Shown here: positions 56,275 to 64,000 of the stretch, piece after piece
How positions within the stretch are numbered: position 1 is the stretch's first letter
How the letters are laid out: each line of letters begins with the position of its first letter
Source of the DNA: Chrysomallon squamiferum
Taxonomy: Eukaryota > Animalia > Mollusca
Direction of reading: 5' to 3'
Assembly (NCBI GenBank): GCA_012295275.1
Contig: CM022671.1
Location: 34,534,001 to 34,598,000 of the forward strand
Length of the DNA: 64,000 nt
Position numbers and translations under genes: made by a program
The notes under the pieces: model-generated
Seen by the model: only the letters and a program-made list of their open reading frames with translations
The model's database searches: none
What the model was told of the DNA's origin: nothing

Positions 56275-58768
56275 CTTCATCCGTAAAACATCATTCTCAC
56301 TGGGTGTGAAACGAACGAGGTACCCCGCCCCGCCCCCCCCGCCCGAGGGTCTAAAGATGTAATCCGAGGTTAGCTCAGCGGGCAGTTATCACCTGGAAAA
56401 ACTTTTTGATAAATAGGACGTGAATTTTTCTTCTCTTGTTCGATCAGCCGAGTATTTATCATTCTTTTGTTGTCGTTTTGTAAACTGAGCTAATGGAATT
56501 TCTAGTCAAATATTTTGAAGTTGAGAAGGATTTTTTATATTTATTTATTTATTATTAATTTTGTATTATTAATTTTTTTTTATTTATTATTATTTATTAT
56601 TGCCATTTGCAATAAGACTGATTTTAGTTTATGTACATTTACTTTTCTAAAACCTGCACTCACACACACACACACACACACACACACTCTCTCTCTCTCT
56701 CTCCAGTGACGAATTCTCTTTTCTAACACCACCACCTCTTTTTTTACCGCCTACTGCTACTTGATTATGGTTGTTGATCCCTCTTAGAGCTAATCCGAAT
56801 AGCGACACGTAACGTTACAAATAGATCCTGGCATTCTTTCATAGCAGGTCATAATTTGTACAGCCGCTTACGTCATAATGCTCCAACTCAATGTAATAAG
56901 CTTGAAAAAACGGGGACCCATCACTTGCAAAACGGGGACCCATCAGTTTTGTGTGACACACCCTCATTCGAAATCGCCAGGCGAGCATAAATAACACACT
57001 CGTTTATTTTGTTTTGCCTCAGGGTTGGGAACTTTAAACCATCAGAAGATGAATAAGAAGGCAGAGAGTTGATGTGTGTGTGTATTTGTGCGTGCGTGAG
57101 AAAGAAGAATGTATTTTTATCTTATGTACAGTCGTAGAAATACAAACGTGTACGTATACATTCATATATGCATCCCTACGTCCATATATACATACAAACG
57201 CATGAACACACACACACATATATAGATACATACATACATACATACATACACACATACACACACACACACCACACACACACACACACATATTCTTGTTAAT
57301 ACCTGAACTCTAATATAAAAGGATATCGCTAAACAAATTCATTTCAACTCTGATTGCCTTCATTCTTTGCTTTCAGTGGAAGTATTTATATTAACAAAGA
57401 TCTCACACGAAACTCGAGACAAGCTAGGAGACAAAAAACAACGGGAAAAAAAAAAGACATAAATATCAGATTTCTATAAACACCTTTCCGGGGATATAAT
57501 AAACAGATCGGTTTCATTTCAGTGGTTCAACTGGATTTGAACAGATTAGTAGTGAGAAGAAAACAATTTTTTATAAATGAAGACCGGCGGATAGTACAAC
57601 CACAAGTGTTTTAGTTATTTACCCAAGGTATTGTTTGTTTTAAGTGTTAGAAGAGTGTCTTAGTTAAAGATTAGGTAAAGGATTATGAGCTTAAGGACAT
57701 AAATAATAAAACGTAGTGCTTATTCGAGTCCCAGAAGACATCTTTGTAAAAGCCGCAGTGAAGTAGCGATCCTAGTATAAGGTTTAATAAGGTGGAAAAC
57801 ATAACTATGATAATTAAAATGAGTAAATTATTTGTTTGAAGACAATTGGACTTATTTCTGTTAATGATTATTATTATTATACCAGTGGTATTTATTTATT
57901 TGTTTACTTATTTACTTACTTATTTATTTTGTTCGTTCATTTGTTTGTTTGCTTGTCTGTTTGCTGTTTGTTTGTTGTTGTTGTTTTTTTTTTTTTTTTT
58001 GGGAGGGTTTTTTTTTTTGTGAGTGTATGTATTGTTTTTTTTTGATTTTTGTTTTGATTTTTTGATTTATTTATTTATTTATTTATTATTATTATTATTA
58101 CTACTACTACTACTACTACTACAACTACTGTTGTTGTTGTGGTTGTTGTTGTTGTAATTCTGATTACTATTACTATCATTTTTATTTTTAGTTTTGTTGT
58201 TGCTGCACCAAGCCATTATCCACCCTTATCCACTAGCAAACTGTGTTTAAAAATAACTTTAATACCCCAAAACAAGACAGCACGTACCATCCACTTTGTT
58301 ACATAACAAGTGTAACAGTCGCTGACAGGAATAAAAGGGAACTGACGCAGAGAGAAGGTTTGAACCTGCCATCTACTTCCGTTCAAGCGCGTGGCCTGAA
58401 TAGCTTCAAATTGTGCTACGTCCAGTTAAGATGTTATGTATGGCACGGACATCTGACCTTTAAGACATTCTGTTGGCAGTTTATGATGACTTCATTAACA
58501 TAATATATTACTGCGTGTTAGTGAAATATGCATGACATGTACTGTACTCGGTGAGGAATGTATACGTGATGCTATACATACACATACACACACACACACA
58601 CATCAGTCGTCATTTATACTTACAATGTCGTGAGAAAAATAATCGAAGAATTGTTGATTTTTTATTGTTTAACACACATGCACGCACACAGATACACATA
58701 CACACAACAGAGATGTCTTTAAAAGGCACTGTGTATATAAATTGTGTATCTGAACATGCAGTGTGTGA

Positions 58769-58804
<36 letters not shown>

Positions 58805-59368
58805 AAAAGAAAGAAAAAAAAAGAAAAATTTTAATACGCAAAATAATTCTGACTACGTCATACAAACATTAAACAGTTACGTTAAGTAATGTACAATCTA
58901 CCACTGACTATAAAACATGAAATGGTACATTCATGATATATATATATATATATATATCTTTTAATTTAAGACCAACTTATAAAGATTTTATTTAACATTG
59001 TCATCAGTGAAAACTAATTTGCTCCACAGAAACTTTTATCAGTGAAAACGATCCATTTTCTGTTTTTTTTCTTCAGCGATTTCTTGTCTCCCAGTCAAGT
59101 AATTTAACAAGATTCTGTCACGGAAAATTGATAAATTAACCTAATAAGAGATACACATCGATAGCCTTTCTAAATATCTTCTAGAGAAGGAATTTAACGA
59201 AATTCTGACATTGAAAACTTATCAGTGATACTAGTAAATGACTGAAGTCGAGTAAACTCGATAGACAGACAGAGAGATGGATACAGTGATAAATAGATAA
59301 TAGACATAGATAGACAGATAGAGAGATAGAGAGATAGATAGATAGAGATAGACAGACAGATAGGTAGC

Positions 59369-59446
<78 letters not shown>

Positions 59447-59469
59447 CACAGTCAGACAGTTATACAGAG

Positions 59470-59522
<53 letters not shown>

Positions 59523-60730
59523 CAACAAAAAAAAACGTGTATTTATATTACAGCAACTAAACCTAAAAGTAAAATAACGATATAACAGTAACAAACACAA
59601 TAACACAAAACAAACACTCAGTCAGGTCATGACGGTCACTTTACAAAACCGTGTCGTAGTCAGTGACATTTGAAAAGGAAAAACTCGTCTCTAGTCCGAG
59701 TTTGTGTCCGGTCCGTACACTGACCGCGAACACACAGATGTTGTTGAAACGTTGATTAGTACGTTCTCGAGTGAAGACAGCACTGTCCCAATCACTTTGA
59801 TTGTAAAGAGAACCTTTAGCGCAGTGATCAAAGCACTTGAGTTTATTGGGTCTATTTCCTCCTGAACTTTCAGTCGATTTGTTTGTTTTAAAACTGTGTA
59901 AGACACTTAATGTGTGATCTGGTTTTAGTGGTTAATGTGTTCGACTTTCTTGTAATCGATATCGTCATTATTATTGTAATTAAAAAAATAAAAAATAAAA
60001 AAATAAAGAATTACCATTATCATCATCAGTAGCATAATTATAATAGGTATTACTGTTATTTTGTTGACTTTCAAAGTAAGAATAGCAACAAATGATTTTG
60101 ATGATAATAACAACTATACCAATAATAATAATGATATTAATAATGATGATGATGATGATGATGATAAAAATAATATGAAGAAGAAGAAGAAGAAGAAGAA
60201 GAAGAAGAAAAATTAAACTAAATTTCCAATGTAAAGTAAATAAATAAATAAATAAACAACCTATAAAACAAAACAAAAAACCGATCAAGACGAGGAAGAT
60301 TACAAATTTCCACAAAGCCACACTTAAACTCATCTCCCAGTTACACAGACAATTATAAAAACAGTTTCCAGCCGCATTTGAGTGCAAGTTTCTCACAATT
60401 CCCCGCTGAACTTTATCACCCATTTCCCCCAGCATTAAATTTAACTGACTGCAATAACATCTACCGACACGTCGACAGAAGATGCGACTCTTAAGCCAAC
60501 AAAGTGCGGCGGAAAACATCCCCTTTGTCGTTTTCTTCGTCACATAATTCACAGCCCGTTATTGGCCGATCGCCTCTGTGAACAGCTGTCACAAAAAGGA
60601 TAGTTAAACTTTATAGCCGTTTTTCGCTGACGACTGTTTTGAAAATAATAATCAGAAATCGTTCCTAGGAGACGGGCGTAGAGGATCAGCGTTGTCCCGT
60701 TTCGAATAAAGTTCATAAAAATATTAGAAC

Positions 60731-60774
<44 letters not shown>

Positions 60775-61021
60775 TTAAGAGAAAGATTAAACAGGGAATG
60801 ATTGTGTGTTTGCAGAAGCTCGGTATAGTTTGGTATTATGTGTGTGAGATTCATAGAGCCAGCAGTGTTTTCTTTTTTGATCGAATAGAAACACTGATAT
60901 TTCATACAATTTATTTCACATAGAGGCAAGGAGAAGATGATGAAGATGAAGAAGAAAGAAGAAGAAGAAGAAGAAGAAGAAGAAGAAGAAGAAGAAGAAG
61001 AAAGAAGACGAACAATTATTA

Positions 61022-61300
61022 ATTATTATTTCACGAAGTACTCAAAATATATTTATAATCTATATTTATATGTCATCATACATATGTTTAAAAACCACGC
61101 AGATTACGAGAAAGGAAACCCGACGAAGCCAAACGATGGACTTCTTTTTTTACGAATAGCAGCAAGTCGTGTTTTATGTGTATCTTCCCATAAACAGGTC
61201 ATCGGGGACTGTCTGGAACGGGATATGTCCCGGTCGACGCGTTGCAAAGAATCGATCATAAGATTCGTAAAACCTTAAAAATCAACAACTGAACCAGACG
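61022..61300 (-). mobile_element. Degenerate tRNA-derived SINE with simple-repeat tail
   Basis: Blocks GAGAAAGGAAACCCG, CGAATAGCAGCAAG, CTGGAACGGG and GAATCGATC resemble, from memory and not a database search, a SINE abundant in gastropod genomes. A (GAA)n tract at about 60945-61005 sits at the tail position. Confidence 0.6.
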
Positions 61301-62612
61301 GCGAGAATGAGTGAATGAACAGGATACCTTCGTGGATTTAACAATATTTCAATCTATTTTTATTAGACTTGGTTATTAGGAATCCAACACGGGATTTTTT
61401 GTAAAAGATAAGAGATGTCAAATGAGATGCATTGGCCGCCGTTTATCGATCAGAAAAGTGAGAAGTTTTTAAAAGCATTTTTTCTCACAGACAGGAAGTC
61501 CAATGAAATCTGGGAGAAATTAATGACGTCATATTACCCACGTAACGCGACAGACTTCCTGGTCAAGAATTGACAGATTTACTGTATGACTGATTGACTG
61601 TCTGACTGATTGACTCACTGACGGACAGAAAGACGGACGAACGTACAGACTAATTGACTGACCGATAGACTGACTGGCTGGATGAATGAATGAATGGATG
61701 AACAAACGAATCACTTACGGAAAGAATTTAGCTTTCCACATTATCAAAAAAAACAAAAAACAAAAGCCCCGAATCACTGCACATTTATCTCTTACCAGAA
61801 ATGAGTGATAATTAGCTCCAGTTAGTGTAATCGGTTAATCATTTGGCCTCGCGATGATATCTTCTTTGTTAGCATCCAGATTCATTTAGTTCCAGTAGGT
61901 AATTGCGGAGATTATGAAGAAAATCAACTAAGTAAATCATACTGGAATTTTTAGCTAAATATCTAAAACTCTAACATTAACTTAGTCTTGAGTTAGCAGT
62001 CAAGATTTATCCGTGTCTCTAACAGATGTATTCGAATCTCAGTCATGTGCAAGCACGTATCAGATATTTTATAAGTAACAAATACACTGCAGTTTTGTAC
62101 GATACAGTTCAGGTATAATAACATTTTATTCAAATTTGGACATTAGACTCATAGGGCGTTACAGTTTTTTTTGTTTTGTTTACAAAAGTGTTAGTATGTT
62201 AGATAGTGTTATTTTGTTAGAGAGAGTGAGTATTGCTATGCATTACAAGTGCATCTGTTTGAAAGTGATCTCAGTTCCTGCCAGTCATAAAGCAGATAGC
62301 TTATCCACAGTTTTTCAAAGTGGTTGTTTTTCTGACTTGACATTACTGTGTGACAACTGTTTATGAAGCAATGCAGTTAAACAGTAAAGTAAATAAATAA
62401 ATAAATTAATTAATTAATTTTGCGTTATTAACAGCCGACTTCGAAATTCAATAAACCCTTTCTAGAGGCCATAAAAATGTATAGTGCCTCAACTTCTAAA
62501 TATATGCATAAACAGATAAATAAAAAACAACAACAACAACAGTAATCATAATTATGACGACGATTAAGAAAATTAAATAGTTGAATAAAATAAAATAAAT
62601 AAAAAAAATAAA

Positions 62613-62649
<37 letters not shown>

Positions 62650-63111
62650 AAAAAAAATAAAATAAAATAAAATAAAATAAAATAAAATAAAATAAAATAA
62701 ATAAATAAATAAATAAATAAATAAATATTATACTCTCGTAAGATCAGGTTAAATTTCAAAAACATAAATCTTACCAGTCCGACGTAACAAACGTCCGTAC
62801 GGCATTTATCAGTGACCAGGTTAAAAACAGCAACCAACAAGAAGTCAATCGTAATCAGGATTTGTACACGTAACAGCCTGACGTTGTCTGAGGTTTTATT
62901 TTACCCCTTGGGGATGTGTTATGTAACGTGTACGTTGAAAGATCAGTCAGTACGAAATATACCTTTCTTGCAATGTCGTAATTAATTGAAATCTGCCAGA
63001 GGGGTATCATAAAATTTGCGAAAGATACATATGAAGATATATCATTTATATTTCAAGCAATATGTATGAAAAATTGCACCTTTTTGTATTTGTTTGTGGA
63101 TATATATATGT

Positions 63112-63258
<147 letters not shown>

Positions 63259-64000
63259 ATACTAACGTATTTCTAAAGTCAATGTGATTTTACTCATTAT
63301 GTCGTCTTTGTGATAGTAAATTATTTTTTTATTATAAATATTTTGAAACTGTTCTTTTTTAAAAAAAAAATGTTTTCATTAAATAAAAATGACTTCTGAT
63401 CAAAATGTCATTAAATGCATTTGTCACTACAATGCGACAATAAATTATTACTTTATATTGTCATTATATTACATTAACAATATATTAAAACTTTTCATAA
63501 AATACAAACGTCCTCTGAAGTGGTTTTTGAACGTAAATATTATCCTCTCATTTTAATGATATTAAAATTTTCCATTAAACTCATGCATGTGTCATTAGCA
63601 TTTTTTCTTTTCTTATGACATACACTTTTCTCTTACTGTTAACAATAAATACCTGTGTTTATTGTTTTTATCTTTACATTAGTTTTAAATGACGTATATG
63701 CGATTGTATGATATTTTCTCTAGGATATAAAATTACGAATATTTTCTTTGTATATTTTGTTATGTTCTGTCATTAAATCTCATTGCATTGTCACGTGAGA
63801 TTTTATAACTTTGATGTGATATATACCTGTCATTTGTTCAATAATATGTGCTGTTTTGGGACATTAATTCATGTGAATTTTGTGAGATTTCCTATTTTTT
63901 CCACCAGTTTTGTAATAATAACCAGAGTAATAAATAAATAAATAAACAAATAAAAATAGAAGAACAAACAGTTTTGACTGATAAGGATTTGTTTTATTTA

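Noticed and set aside
56901-56945. Two-copy 22-23-bp duplication (AAAACGGGGACCCATCA)
   Set aside because: Ordinary local slippage with no further structure.

Overview
Eukaryotic (invertebrate) genomic DNA, AT-rich and saturated with microsatellites. A degenerate SINE resembling, from memory, a gastropod family hints at a mollusc. Almost all ORFs in the supplied track are simple-repeat artefacts, and I saw no prokaryotic, CRISPR, rRNA or tRNA features. Manual splice-site and phase analysis recovers the 5' part of one large minus-strand gene. Its exons 54465-54528, 34223-35213, 27233-27444, 22285-22364 and 1971-2084 join in frame into 487 aa and continue beyond the left edge of the window. A candidate 18-nt microexon (2575-2592) and a candidate alternative first exon with its own promoter (16347-16451) also fit the frame. 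The encoded region has no recognisable folded domain. It does carry a CaMKII-pseudosubstrate-like motif (LKRQAAF), a PKI-like PKA-pseudosubstrate motif (RRGRRSAI), and SH3- and LC8-type motifs. Non-coding highlights: a complete 810-bp hAT-type MITE with a 22-bp minisatellite, a 7-copy AGGCGAG array in the putative 5' UTR, a 56-bp minisatellite full of consensus 5' splice sites, a ~29-bp-period ATGACTWATCACGTA array, and a (CT)n-anchored repeat present twice, 13.7 kb apart.
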